DNA from: an uncultured Bacteroidales bacterium
Lineage (GTDB): Bacteria > Bacteroidota > Bacteroidia > Bacteroidales > UBA932
NCBI GenBank assembly: GCA_947167015.1
Contig: CAMVGM010000004.1
Span: 9,794-73,793, forward strand
DNA: 64,000 nucleotides
Direction of reading: 5' to 3'
Numbering within the stretch: position 1 is the stretch's first letter; every line of letters begins with the position of its first letter. Under the pieces are notes generated by a model that saw only the letters and a program-made list of their open reading frames with translations, was not told where the DNA came from and did no database searches. A program made the translations under genes and the position numbers. This document shows, piece after piece, positions 21,465 to 29,809 of the stretch.

Positions 21465-21557
21465 CTCCCGATTCCGGAAGAAATCCACTATAACGGCACC
21501 TGGGGCCTGTCTAGGTGTACTTCTCTTGGACGAAAGTGCCCTGGGAGGTCGTTTGAT

Positions 21558-21613
21558 AAAAGAGAAATCCAGCCAGAGAGCCTTGTGTGGCATTCTGGCT
21601 GGATTTCTCTTTT
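21558..21613. repeat. REP-like palindrome, family A copy 1
   Basis: Perfect 20-bp arms AAAAGAGAAATCCAGCCAGA / TCTGGCTGGATTTCTCTTTT with a 16-nt loop. Confidence 0.95.
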
Positions 21614-21702
21614 CGCGTCAGAAAGGTGCGGCAGGAGCGGAGCGACGCAGGGGGTCTGGGGGATTCGTCCACCAGTCTTCAGGCCCCCGGGCCAACGCCT
21701 GC

Positions 21703-21792
21703 CTAGACCTTCCTGAAAGCAAGGCAGGCGTTGTGCCCGCCGAAGCCGAAGGAATCGGACAGGCCGAGGTTGACGTCGGCCTTGCCGGCGAC
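21703..21792 (-). pseudogene. Duplicated 3' fragment of fabF
   Basis: Translates VAGKADVNLGLSDSFGFGGHNACLAFRKV* versus fabF VAVKADVNLGLSDSFGFGGHNACLAFRKV*. Confidence 0.9.
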
Positions 21793-22610
21793 TAATCGGC
21801 TCCTGACAGGATTTCAGCATAGCGACGGCCCAGCTCCAGCTGGGCCTCGCGCGTAAAATGAAGCCTGTCGGGATTGGTTTCCAGTCCGTCTGAACGGACG
21901 CAGAACGCATTCGGGACATATTCGCCGATCCGGGCGATCTCCGGATTGAAGAAGCGTGCGTTGGCGTGTCCGGGCTGGATCTGCCCGGCGATGAAGGGCA
22001 CTTTCTCCTCGACTTCCAGGTCTTTGCGCAAGGCGCTGACGAATTCCGCCAGCGCCGGCAGGTAGGTGCTTGCGCGGAGGGAATCCGAATCGCTCTCGCC
22101 CTGGTGCCAGAGGATGGCCTTGAGGCGTCCGTAGCGCAGCGCCTGCCGGCAGCGCCGGACCGCCTCGCCGTAGAAGGACGGCATCTCCTGCCCGCGCCGG
22201 GCCTTCTCCTCGTTCGGAGAGTCGCTGAAACGGCCGTGCGGTGCGTCGGGGAGCCATTGTCCCAGCGAGGAGCCGCCGCGGGCGTTGACGACCAGCAGCA
22301 CGGGCCGGCCGTTGCGCCGGTGCATTTCTTCGGCAAAACCATGCCCCGGGCCCATTCCCTGCACGGACAGGGCCTTGCGGATGGTGCTGTAGCGGTTGAG
22401 CGGTTCCCGGGCGGGAACGGCTTCTCCCCGGTCGTCCAGCAGGAAGACGCCTTCCAGCGGGGCGAGGGTGTCGGCCGCTTCGAAGAAACCGCGTCCGGCC
22501 ATGTTGGACTGGCCGATCAGCAGATATACGTCATAACGGGGCCGGCAAGCAGCCAGCAGGACGCCCGCGCACAGGAGCAGGAGCGCGGGACGGAAATGTT
22601 TCCGGAACAT
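21792..22610 (-). CDS. SASA / CE6-like carbohydrate O-acetylesterase lipoprotein
   Basis: Lipobox LAAC; GQSNMAG, ARGGS, ILWHQGESD, DRLHF. Confidence 0.9.
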   Translation of the reverse strand: MFRKHFRPALLLLCAGVLLAACRPRYDVYLLIGQSNMAGRGFFEAADTLAPLEGVFLLDDRGEAVPAREPLNRYSTIRKALSVQGMGPGHGFAEEMHRRNGRPVLLVVNARGGSSLGQWLPDAPHGRFSDSPNEEKARRGQEMPSFYGEAVRRCRQALRYGRLKAILWHQGESDSDSLRASTYLPALAEFVSALRKDLEVEEKVPFIAGQIQPGHANARFFNPEIARIGEYVPNAFCVRSDGLETNPDRLHFTREAQLELGRRYAEILSGAD

Positions 22611-22635
22611 CGGCGGGATGACGGGAACGGCCGGC

Positions 22636-23505
22636 TTACTCGGTCAGTTTGTTGAGTGCCAGCTGCACCAGTTCCGCCACGCGGGGCTTGTAGTCGGTGT
22701 TGGCGCCTTTGTGGTAGCGGTGCGCGATGGCGCAGCAGACCGTGGCGGCGTTGTGGCCGAGCTTGGCGGCCATGCCGGCGAGGGCCGAGCCTTCCATCTC
22801 GAAGTTGGTGATCTTCCAGCCTTTGAACTCGAAGGTCTCGAAATCCTTGAGCATGTCGGGCATCGCCAGGCCCTGGCGCACCACGCGTCCCTGCGGACCG
22901 TAGAAGCCGCAGGCGGAGATGGTCATTCCCCGGAAGGTGCAGTCCGCGAAGCGGTCGATCATCTTCTGGCCGGCGCGCACGAAATACGGATCCGGAAGAT
23001 GCTTGTCCCAGTGGACGTGCTCCTTGAAGGCTTCCTCGAAGTCGAGCAGCGCGATGCTGTCGCGGTTCTCATACCAGTTGAGCAGGCCGTCGCAGCCGAC
23101 GGAGATGTGCGAAAGGATGAAGGCGCCGAGGGGGATTTCCGGCTGGATGGCGCCGCAGGTGCCGATGCGCAGGATGTCCAGCGTGCGGTGCTCCGGCTTG
23201 ACCTCGCGGGTGGCGAAATCGATGTTGGCCAGGGCGTCCAGCTCGGTCATCACGATGTCGATGTTGTCCGTGCCGATGCCGGTGGACAGGGCGGTGATGC
23301 GCTTGCCGTTATACAGGCCGGTGGCCCAGACGAATTCGCGGGAAGCACCTTCCGCCTCGATGGAGGAGAAATAGGACTTGACCATGGCGACCCGGCCGGG
23401 GTCGCCCACGAGGATCACGTTGTCGGCCAGCTGCTCCGGGCGGATGTGCAGGTGGAACGCGGAGCCGTCGCCGTTGATGATGAGTTCGGATTCGGGAATT
23501 CTCAT
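22636..23505 (-). CDS. Uridine/nucleoside phosphorylase (PNP_UDP family)
   Basis: VGDPGRV, STGIGTDNIDIV, RIGTCG, GFYGPQGR, NFEME. Confidence 0.92.
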   Translation of the reverse strand: MRIPESELIINGDGSAFHLHIRPEQLADNVILVGDPGRVAMVKSYFSSIEAEGASREFVWATGLYNGKRITALSTGIGTDNIDIVMTELDALANIDFATREVKPEHRTLDILRIGTCGAIQPEIPLGAFILSHISVGCDGLLNWYENRDSIALLDFEEAFKEHVHWDKHLPDPYFVRAGQKMIDRFADCTFRGMTISACGFYGPQGRVVRQGLAMPDMLKDFETFEFKGWKITNFEMEGSALAGMAAKLGHNAATVCCAIAHRYHKGANTDYKPRVAELVQLALNKLTE

Positions 23506-23525
23506 GGCAATTATGCGGTTGAAGG

Positions 23526-23930
23526 TTATTTCTTGTTGCGTTTGGCGGCCCGCAGCCGGTTGGAGTTGCGGACCAGCAGCTCGTCCGCGAGGATGCCGCG
23601 GGCGGCGAGCAGGTTGAGGATCATCGCGACGATGGGGAACACGGCGGTCAGGGAGAAGACCGGGGTGTTGTGCGTCTTGATGCAATCCACCACCAGCCAG
23701 ATCTGGAGCCCCAGCAGGATGATGGCGGACAGGGTGGCCGTGCGCATCTGGAAAATGCGGTGCTTGTAGGTGGTCAGCGCCGTCACGTTGAGGAAGGCGG
23801 TAACGATGAGCAGGATCAGGTAGGGCCAGTAGTCGGTATAGAAGACGTCTCCCGCCTTATGGCAGAAGAAGAGCGCCGCGATCAGCGCGGTCGCCAGGAA
23901 AAGGTACAGGGTCTGAACTCTTTGCCACAT
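23526..23930 (-). CDS. DUF4293-family membrane protein
   Basis: MWQRVQTLYL start and LAARGILADELLVR..RLR end. Confidence 0.85.
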   Translation of the reverse strand: MWQRVQTLYLFLATALIAALFFCHKAGDVFYTDYWPYLILLIVTAFLNVTALTTYKHRIFQMRTATLSAIILLGLQIWLVVDCIKTHNTPVFSLTAVFPIVAMILNLLAARGILADELLVRNSNRLRAAKRNKK

Positions 23931-23933
23931 AAG

Positions 23934-24824
23934 CTATCGTGAATTGAAGCGGGCCAGGACGGCCTGCTCGTAGGTTTTCGAAATGGGGATGGGGTCGATC
24001 GAATCGATGTCGAAATCGACTTTGTAGCCGTCCTTCTCGGACTTCAGGACGGCGATGTTGCGGATGTTGACGATGTATTTCCGGTGGCAGCGCACCAGTT
24101 CGCTGTCCGCGAAACTGTCCTCGACCGTCTTGAGCCGGCAGCGCAGCATGTACTGCTTCAGTTCCCCGGCGCTGTCCAGGTACCACACCTTGATGTAGTT
24201 GTCGTCGGACTCGATGAAATAGAGGCTGTCCGAACTGATGGAGAACTTGAGCACGCCGTTGTTGTCGAACAGGGTGATGCGCTTGTCGGCGTACGGGGGC
24301 GCGGGCTTGTCGCTGACCACGTTGCCGTAGTTCATCAGGCGGATGGTGTTGTCCTTGTCCCGCAGGGCGGAACGCAGGCTGCAGAAGGCGTACGGCACGC
24401 ACAGGCAGACGGCCGAATAGACCAGGGCGCTCAGGAACACGGTGCCGTTGCTGCGCGGGGCGGCGGAGATGATGCCGGAACGCAGCCCCTGCCGGGTGAA
24501 GACCGTGTAGATCAGGCTGACCAGCACCACTTCCGCAACCACCCAGAGGACGTAGTCCAGCAGGGTGAAGCCCCGGATGTTCCGGCAGCGGCCGAGCAGC
24601 CAGCGGCTCAGCACCACCACGACGGCGGCGGACAGCATGAAGGCGGCGGTGTACAGGAAGGCGCGGTCGGAGCCCAGGGCGAACCAGGTGTCGCCGGAAA
24701 AAGGGACGCTCAGCAGCAGGAATACCAGCGAGAACAGGGCCGTGTACACCACGGTCATCCTGATCTGATGCCTGTCGAGCAGGTATCCGGGAGTTTGGTC
24801 ACGCAGAGAAGTCATCCCTATCAT
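23934..24824 (-). CDS. Membrane-anchored LytTR-family regulator
   Basis: Four hydrophobic segments; LYFIESDDNY, VRCHRKYIVN, IPISKTY. Confidence 0.9.
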   Translation of the reverse strand: MIGMTSLRDQTPGYLLDRHQIRMTVVYTALFSLVFLLLSVPFSGDTWFALGSDRAFLYTAAFMLSAAVVVVLSRWLLGRCRNIRGFTLLDYVLWVVAEVVLVSLIYTVFTRQGLRSGIISAAPRSNGTVFLSALVYSAVCLCVPYAFCSLRSALRDKDNTIRLMNYGNVVSDKPAPPYADKRITLFDNNGVLKFSISSDSLYFIESDDNYIKVWYLDSAGELKQYMLRCRLKTVEDSFADSELVRCHRKYIVNIRNIAVLKSEKDGYKVDFDIDSIDPIPISKTYEQAVLARFNSR

Positions 24825-24884
24825 CCGATGAAATGCAAATATAAGAATTATTTACTACCTTTGCGCAGTCAAAATTTGAAACTT

Positions 24885-26129
24885 ATGGACAAAAGAGTGG
24901 TTGTGACAGGACTGGGTGTCCTCTCTTGCATCGGCAACGATGTCAAGACTTTCTGGGACAATCTCATCCACGGCGTGTGCGGCATCGATTATATCACGGA
25001 ATTCCCCACCGAGAACCTCGCCGTCAAGATCGGCGGCATGGTACGGAACTTCAATCCCGAGGAATACGGCATGGACAAGCCGTTCATCCGCAAGCAGGAT
25101 CCCTTCACCGTCTTCGCGATGGCATCCGCCTGGCAGGCGATGCAGGATTCCGGCCTCGTTTCCGGGGAAAACATCGATCCGGCCCGGCTCGCCACCTACG
25201 TGGGCTCGGGCATCGGCGGCTTCACGACCATCCAGCGCGAGCTGGAGAAGTTCTTCGAGGACCCCTCCGGACAGTGGGTCTCCCCGAACTTCGTCCCCAC
25301 GATGATCAGTGACATGGCCGGCGGGCAGATCGCCATCAAGTTCGGCGCCCAGGGCTCCTGCATCGACATCGTGACGGCCTGCGCCACCTCCACGCACTCC
25401 ATCGGCGAGGCTTTCCGCGCCATCCGGCACGGCTATGCCGACGCCATCATCGCCGGCGGCACGGACCATTGCACCATCCCCATCGGCATCGCCGGTTTCG
25501 CCAACGCCAAGGCGCTCACCCGCGCCACCGATCCGCAGTATGCCTCCCTGCCGTTCAACGCCAACCGCAGCGGTTTCGTGATGGCCGACGGTTCCGCCAT
25601 CCTCATCCTGGAGGAGATGGAGCACGCCAAGGCCCGCGGCGCCCACATCTATGCCGAGGTCACCGGCTACGGCAGCACCTGCGACGCCTATCACGCCACG
25701 GCCCCGCGCCCGGAGGGCACCACCCAGGCGGAGTGCATCCGGATCGCCCTGGAGCAGTCCGGCTTCGATCCCGCGAAAGACAACGTGTACATCAACGCCC
25801 ACGGTACCGGCACCCTGCTGAACGACGTCGCCGAAACCAAGGCCTACAAGCTCGCGATGGGGGATTTCGCCTACAAGTGCCACATCAGCAGCACCAAGTC
25901 CATGCACGGCCACATGTTCGGCGCCACCGGCGCCATCGAGGCCGTCGCCACCGTCCTCGCCCTGCAGGAGGGGATCGTCCCGCCGACGGTGCATCTGGAT
26001 GCCCCGGACCCGGAATGCGACCTGGACTACACGCCGAACGTCGCCGTCAAGGCCGACGTCAACCTCGGCCTGTCCGATTCCTTCGGCTTCGGCGGGCACA
26101 ACGCCTGCCTGGCCTTCAGGAAGGTCTAG
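24885..26129 (+). CDS. fabF: Beta-ketoacyl-ACP synthase II
   Basis: RVVVTGLG, TACATS (catalytic Cys), NAHGTGT, STKSMHGH, SFGFGGHN. Confidence 0.95.
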   Translation: MDKRVVVTGLGVLSCIGNDVKTFWDNLIHGVCGIDYITEFPTENLAVKIGGMVRNFNPEEYGMDKPFIRKQDPFTVFAMASAWQAMQDSGLVSGENIDPARLATYVGSGIGGFTTIQRELEKFFEDPSGQWVSPNFVPTMISDMAGGQIAIKFGAQGSCIDIVTACATSTHSIGEAFRAIRHGYADAIIAGGTDHCTIPIGIAGFANAKALTRATDPQYASLPFNANRSGFVMADGSAILILEEMEHAKARGAHIYAEVTGYGSTCDAYHATAPRPEGTTQAECIRIALEQSGFDPAKDNVYINAHGTGTLLNDVAETKAYKLAMGDFAYKCHISSTKSMHGHMFGATGAIEAVATVLALQEGIVPPTVHLDAPDPECDLDYTPNVAVKADVNLGLSDSFGFGGHNACLAFRKV

Positions 26130-26156
26130 GCTGGCGTTGGCCCGAGGGCCTGATGA

Positions 26157-26199
26157 CCGGGGGACGAATCCCCCAGACCCCCTGCGTCGCTCCGCTCCT
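26157..26199 (-). repeat. Motif C (AGGAGCGNAGCGACGCAGGGG + GC hairpin)
   Basis: Same motif at 21633-21675 (+), 52842-52886 (+) and 52916-52961 (+). Confidence 0.8.
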
Positions 26200-26220
26200 G
26201 CCTTGCCTTTCTGACGCGAA

Positions 26221-26355
26221 AAGAGAAATCCAGCCAAAGAGCCTTGTGTAGCATTCTGGCTGGATTTCTCTTTTATCAAACGACCTCCCAGGGCACTTTC
26301 ATCCAAGAGAAGTACACCTAGACAGGCCCCAGGTGCCGTTATAGTGAATTTCTCC
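26221..26355 (+). repeat. Family-A repeat unit (perfect hairpin 26219-26274 + degenerate hairpin ~26307-26353) on the 3' side of HUH gene 1
   Basis: Collinear direct repeat of 27378-27512 (offset 1157 bp). Confidence 0.92.
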
Positions 26356-26369
26356 CAGGGCTGGAAACG

Positions 26370-27299
26370 CTACAGTTTGTTATAGAAGTACAGACAGCGA
26401 TTAATTTGGGGCTTGGGAACCTTATGCCCGTAATACAAGTCCCGGGCAATAGCGTCTTTCTGGGATTCAGACAATTGGTAAACAGAACTCTTCCGGAAAC
26501 GTCGCATATACTCCTCGTCGATCAAGGAACACACTTCCAGGTCGGAATATCCCTGTCGTGCATTCCGGCCATACTCGTTCGCAAACATCCTGGCCACTTC
26601 TTCCGTATTATGTTGAGGCTCCATCCCATTTAGCGTGATCCTGTCCGCCGTATTATTGTCTTCATCCTGTACTTTCAGCCACTCCTCTCGGCTCAGACGG
26701 TTCATATCGTACAGGAAGTTCCTGGGTGTCACGAAATACGCTTCCGCTTGCCGGATCTGCTCCACGGATCTGCGGGTGAAGATTCCGGATGAAGTCATCT
26801 CATAGGAATCCGGAAATTCGGATCGGCGCGGCAGGAATGACCGGATACTGTTCCGGTCGGTAATCAAGTCTCGTGGCTTCGTCCGGCAAAAATCGTTGGC
26901 GAACAATTCGTGGATACTGCTATGCAGGGTTCCGAAGGGAGTTGTCGCCTGTCCGTGGTGCAAGACGTTCCGGAGAATGTATGAAAAGGCAATCTCGATG
27001 TGGCGGAAGCCTTCCAGCTTCAATTGGAAGAACCCGGGATCACCCAAAGGACCCGTCCGGGCATAAATCCTGTTGAAATACCGGGTATAAGAACAGCGCA
27101 CTGAGCGGACCCAGGGCCCCGGTTCCTCGCAAAACAACCCGGTATGCTGATGCGTGGACATAGTGGAATCCACGATGATTTGAGTGTCGGTGCTGAATGC
27201 AGCCAGGGCCATACAATTGAACAGGGCACCCATATCTTCTTCCTTGCGGAAGGGCGCTTCCTGATGGGAGGTGAAACAGACGTGGTAGAAGTTTTTCAT
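26370..27299 (-). CDS. RAYT-like HUH/Y1 tyrosine transposase with C-terminal extension (paralog 1)
   Basis: N-terminal YH, F..EED, MSTHQH (HUH), SYTRYFNRIYARTGPL, YILRN (candidate catalytic Tyr); more AT-rich than neighbours; flanked by palindromes. Confidence 0.85.
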   Translation of the reverse strand: MKNFYHVCFTSHQEAPFRKEEDMGALFNCMALAAFSTDTQIIVDSTMSTHQHTGLFCEEPGPWVRSVRCSYTRYFNRIYARTGPLGDPGFFQLKLEGFRHIEIAFSYILRNVLHHGQATTPFGTLHSSIHELFANDFCRTKPRDLITDRNSIRSFLPRRSEFPDSYEMTSSGIFTRRSVEQIRQAEAYFVTPRNFLYDMNRLSREEWLKVQDEDNNTADRITLNGMEPQHNTEEVARMFANEYGRNARQGYSDLEVCSLIDEEYMRRFRKSSVYQLSESQKDAIARDLYYGHKVPKPQINRCLYFYNKL

Positions 27300-27377
27300 C
27301 CGTTTAAGTTTTGACGGCAAGTTAAAGAAAAACCCTCAAGTCGCAATCGATTCTGGCGACTTTTTTTCTGCAGCGGC

Positions 27378-27512
27378 AAGAGAAATCCAGCCAGAATACC
27401 CTGCAAGGCACTTTGGCTGGATTTCTCTTTTGTCAAACGGCCTCCCAGGGCACTTTTTACAGGGAGAAATACACCCGGACGGGCGTCAGAAGGCGTTTTG
27501 GCGGATTACTCC
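27378..27512 (+). repeat. Family-A repeat unit (hairpin 27378-27429 + degenerate second hairpin) on the 5' side of HUH gene 1
   Basis: AAGAGAAATCCAGCCA-N20-TGGCTGGATTTCTCTT then TCAAACGGCCTCCCAGGGCACTTT, matching the 26221 unit. Confidence 0.92.
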
Positions 27513-27517
27513 GTCAT

Positions 27518-28609
27518 CTAGTCGCCGGCTTCTTTGAGGCGCTCGGCGTTCTCGGCGATCTGCAACTGGTCGATGCATTCCTGGATGTCGCCGTCCATGA
27601 ATACGGGCAGGTTGTACATCGACCAGTTGATGCGGTGGTCGGTGACACGGCCCTGCGGATAGTTGTAGGTGCGGATCTTGGCGGAGCGGTCGCCCGTGGA
27701 GACCATCGTCTTGCGCTTGGCGGCGATGCCGTCCAGGTACTTCTGGTGCTCCAGGTTGTACAGGCGCGTACGCAGTTCCTCGAAAGCGCGGTCCTTGTTC
27801 TTCAGCTGGGAACGCTCCTCCTGGCACTGGACCACCAGGCCGGTGGGGATGTGCGTCAGACGCACGGCGGAGTAGGTCGTATTGACGCCCTGGCCGCCCG
27901 GGCCGGACGCGCAGAAGAGGTCGAGCCGGATGTCGTCCCAGCTCAGGTCCACGTCGAATTCGCCCGCCTCCGGGAAGACCGCCACCGAAGCCGCGGAAGT
28001 CTGGATACGGCCCTGCGTTTCGGTCTGGGGCACCCGCTGGACGCGGTGCACGCCGGATTCGTATTTCATCACGCCATAGACGCCGTCGTTGCCCGAAAGC
28101 TTGAAGACGATCTGCTTGAAGCCGCCGGAGGTGCCGGGCGCCTGGTCGGTGACCTCCAGTTTCCAGCCGCGGCGCTCCGCGAAGTGCTGGTACATCCGGA
28201 AGAGGTCGCCGGCGAAGATCGCCGCCTCGTCGCCGCCGGTGCCGCCGCGGATCTCGACCATCGCGTTCTTACCGTCGTCGGGATCGGCGGGGATCAGCAG
28301 GAGCTTGATCTGCTGCTCCATGTCCGGGATCTGCGGCTCGATCTCCGCGATCTCCATGCGGGCCATCTCCCGCAGTTCCTCGTCCTTTTCGTTCATGAGG
28401 ATATCCTTGGCGGCATCCAGGTCCTCAAGCAGTTTCTCATACTGCTTGCCGGCCTTGATGATCGGCTCCAGCTCCTTGTAATCCTTGTTGAGCTGGACGT
28501 ATTTCTTCATGTCCGCCATCGCCTCGGGGCTGGCGAGCTGCTCCTGGAGCGACTGGAACTTCCCTTCGAGGGAAAGGACCTTGTCGAGGAGGGAATTGGT
28601 ATCTGCCAT
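27518..28609 (-). CDS. prfA: Peptide chain release factor 1
   Basis: GTGGDEA, ESGVHRVQRVPQTE (PxT), SGPGGQGVN, RTYNYPQGRVTDHR. Confidence 0.98.
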   Translation of the reverse strand: MADTNSLLDKVLSLEGKFQSLQEQLASPEAMADMKKYVQLNKDYKELEPIIKAGKQYEKLLEDLDAAKDILMNEKDEELREMARMEIAEIEPQIPDMEQQIKLLLIPADPDDGKNAMVEIRGGTGGDEAAIFAGDLFRMYQHFAERRGWKLEVTDQAPGTSGGFKQIVFKLSGNDGVYGVMKYESGVHRVQRVPQTETQGRIQTSAASVAVFPEAGEFDVDLSWDDIRLDLFCASGPGGQGVNTTYSAVRLTHIPTGLVVQCQEERSQLKNKDRAFEELRTRLYNLEHQKYLDGIAAKRKTMVSTGDRSAKIRTYNYPQGRVTDHRINWSMYNLPVFMDGDIQECIDQLQIAENAERLKEAGD

Positions 28610-28612
28610 AGG

Positions 28613-29731
28613 TCAAATGTGCTTGATGTAACAGCGGCGGCGCATGAAGGGTTCGCGCTCGTAGCTGTTCCAGATGTTGACGGCGCTGTTGGACTCGATC
28701 TGCGGATTGGAGATCGCCCAGCGGTTGCCTATCTTGAGGGCCTTCTCGGCCATCGCTTCGTAATACATCGCCGAAACGCCCTTGTTCTGCCATTCGGGGG
28801 CGGCGCCGTTGACCATCAGGTCGGTCACCTCGTAATCGTGCATCGCACGGAACAGGTGCCACCAGCCGAAGGGGAACAGGCGTCCCTTCGCCTTCTGGAG
28901 GGCCTTCGAGATGGTCGGGAAGGCGATGCCGAAAGCCACGATCCCGTCGTGCTCGTCCAGCACCAGGCAGCTCGTCTTGTCGGAGATGAAGGGCATCACC
29001 GCGGCCGCCTCCTCGTCGATCTCCTCCTCGGTCAGCGGGACGTAGTTCTGGACCGTACGGGCGAAACTCTCGTTATAGACACGGAAGAAGCGGCGCACCT
29101 GCTCCTTGTCCTTCTTCAGCTTGTCCAGGCTGCCGAAATGCAGCTTGTAGCGCTCCTGGACGATCTTCGAGACGCGGCGCGCCTTGTCGGGGACGCCGTG
29201 GTTCGCCACCAGGCGGTACTGCAGCCAGTCGCATTCCTTGGCGTAGCCCAGTTCCTCTACGAAGTCCTTGTAGTACGGGTAATTGTAGAGACAGTTGAAG
29301 GGCGGGATGTTCTCGTATCCCTCGACCAGCATGCCCTGTTTGCCGAAGGTGTTGTAGTACAGCGGCCCGTGGATCTCGTCCATCCCTTGTTCCCGCGCCC
29401 AGGCCTCGGCGGTGCCGAGCAGCAGGCGCGCCACCTCGATGTCCTTGACACAGTCGAACCAGCCGAAACGCGCGCGCTTCTTGCCGTAGAGTTCGTTGTA
29501 GCGGGGATTGACCATGGCGCAGATGCGTCCGGCCACGCGCTCGCCGTCCAGCACCAGCCACATCTTGCGGGTGCAGTATTTCAGCGGCGCGACCCGGGTC
29601 AGGGAGCGTTCCTGGTCGGCATGCAGGGCAGGCACGTACTGGGGACAGTCCTTGTAGAGTTCATCCGGGAATTGGATGAACTGCATCAGCTGTTTCTGGT
29701 CCAGGACCTCTTGTACTTTATAATCGGGCAT
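28613..29731 (-). CDS. Tandem-GNAT acyltransferase (YghO-like; possible bacterial ceramide synthase homolog)
   Basis: FIQFPDELY, VAGRICA, RFGWFDC, AEAWAREQGMDEIHGP, YNYPYY, GRLFPFGW, WQNKG. Confidence 0.75.
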   Translation of the reverse strand: MPDYKVQEVLDQKQLMQFIQFPDELYKDCPQYVPALHADQERSLTRVAPLKYCTRKMWLVLDGERVAGRICAMVNPRYNELYGKKRARFGWFDCVKDIEVARLLLGTAEAWAREQGMDEIHGPLYYNTFGKQGMLVEGYENIPPFNCLYNYPYYKDFVEELGYAKECDWLQYRLVANHGVPDKARRVSKIVQERYKLHFGSLDKLKKDKEQVRRFFRVYNESFARTVQNYVPLTEEEIDEEAAAVMPFISDKTSCLVLDEHDGIVAFGIAFPTISKALQKAKGRLFPFGWWHLFRAMHDYEVTDLMVNGAAPEWQNKGVSAMYYEAMAEKALKIGNRWAISNPQIESNSAVNIWNSYEREPFMRRRCYIKHI

Positions 29732-29809
29732 TTCGAATCAATTGTCGTAGTCTGCAAAGATAGCGCAAAACGCCCATCTTTGCAAATCTCCCGGTTGGCG
29801 GGAGTCAGG

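Larger units (their letters stand above)
21476..21792 (-). repeat. ~316-bp inverted copy of 26040-26355 (fabF 3' end + motif C + family-A hairpin pair)
   Basis: Reverse complement aligns collinearly with 26040-26355, with scattered substitutions and a flipped hairpin loop. Confidence 0.97.

Noticed and set aside
21488-21795. ORFs across the repeat (21526-21795, 21488-22342, 24855-26306) and 52754-52999
   Set aside because: Translations of non-coding repeat DNA or antisense fabF; their mutual similarity only reflects the DNA duplication.
21476-26355. Diversity-generating retroelement template/variable repeat pair (fabF 3' end duplicate)
   Set aside because: No reverse transcriptase in the window, and the differences are not confined to adenines.
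26370-27299. Classical IS200/IS605 element
   Set aside because: The protein is about twice TnpA length, there is no tnpB/iscB, and the flanks are multi-copy long hairpins. RAYT-like fits better.
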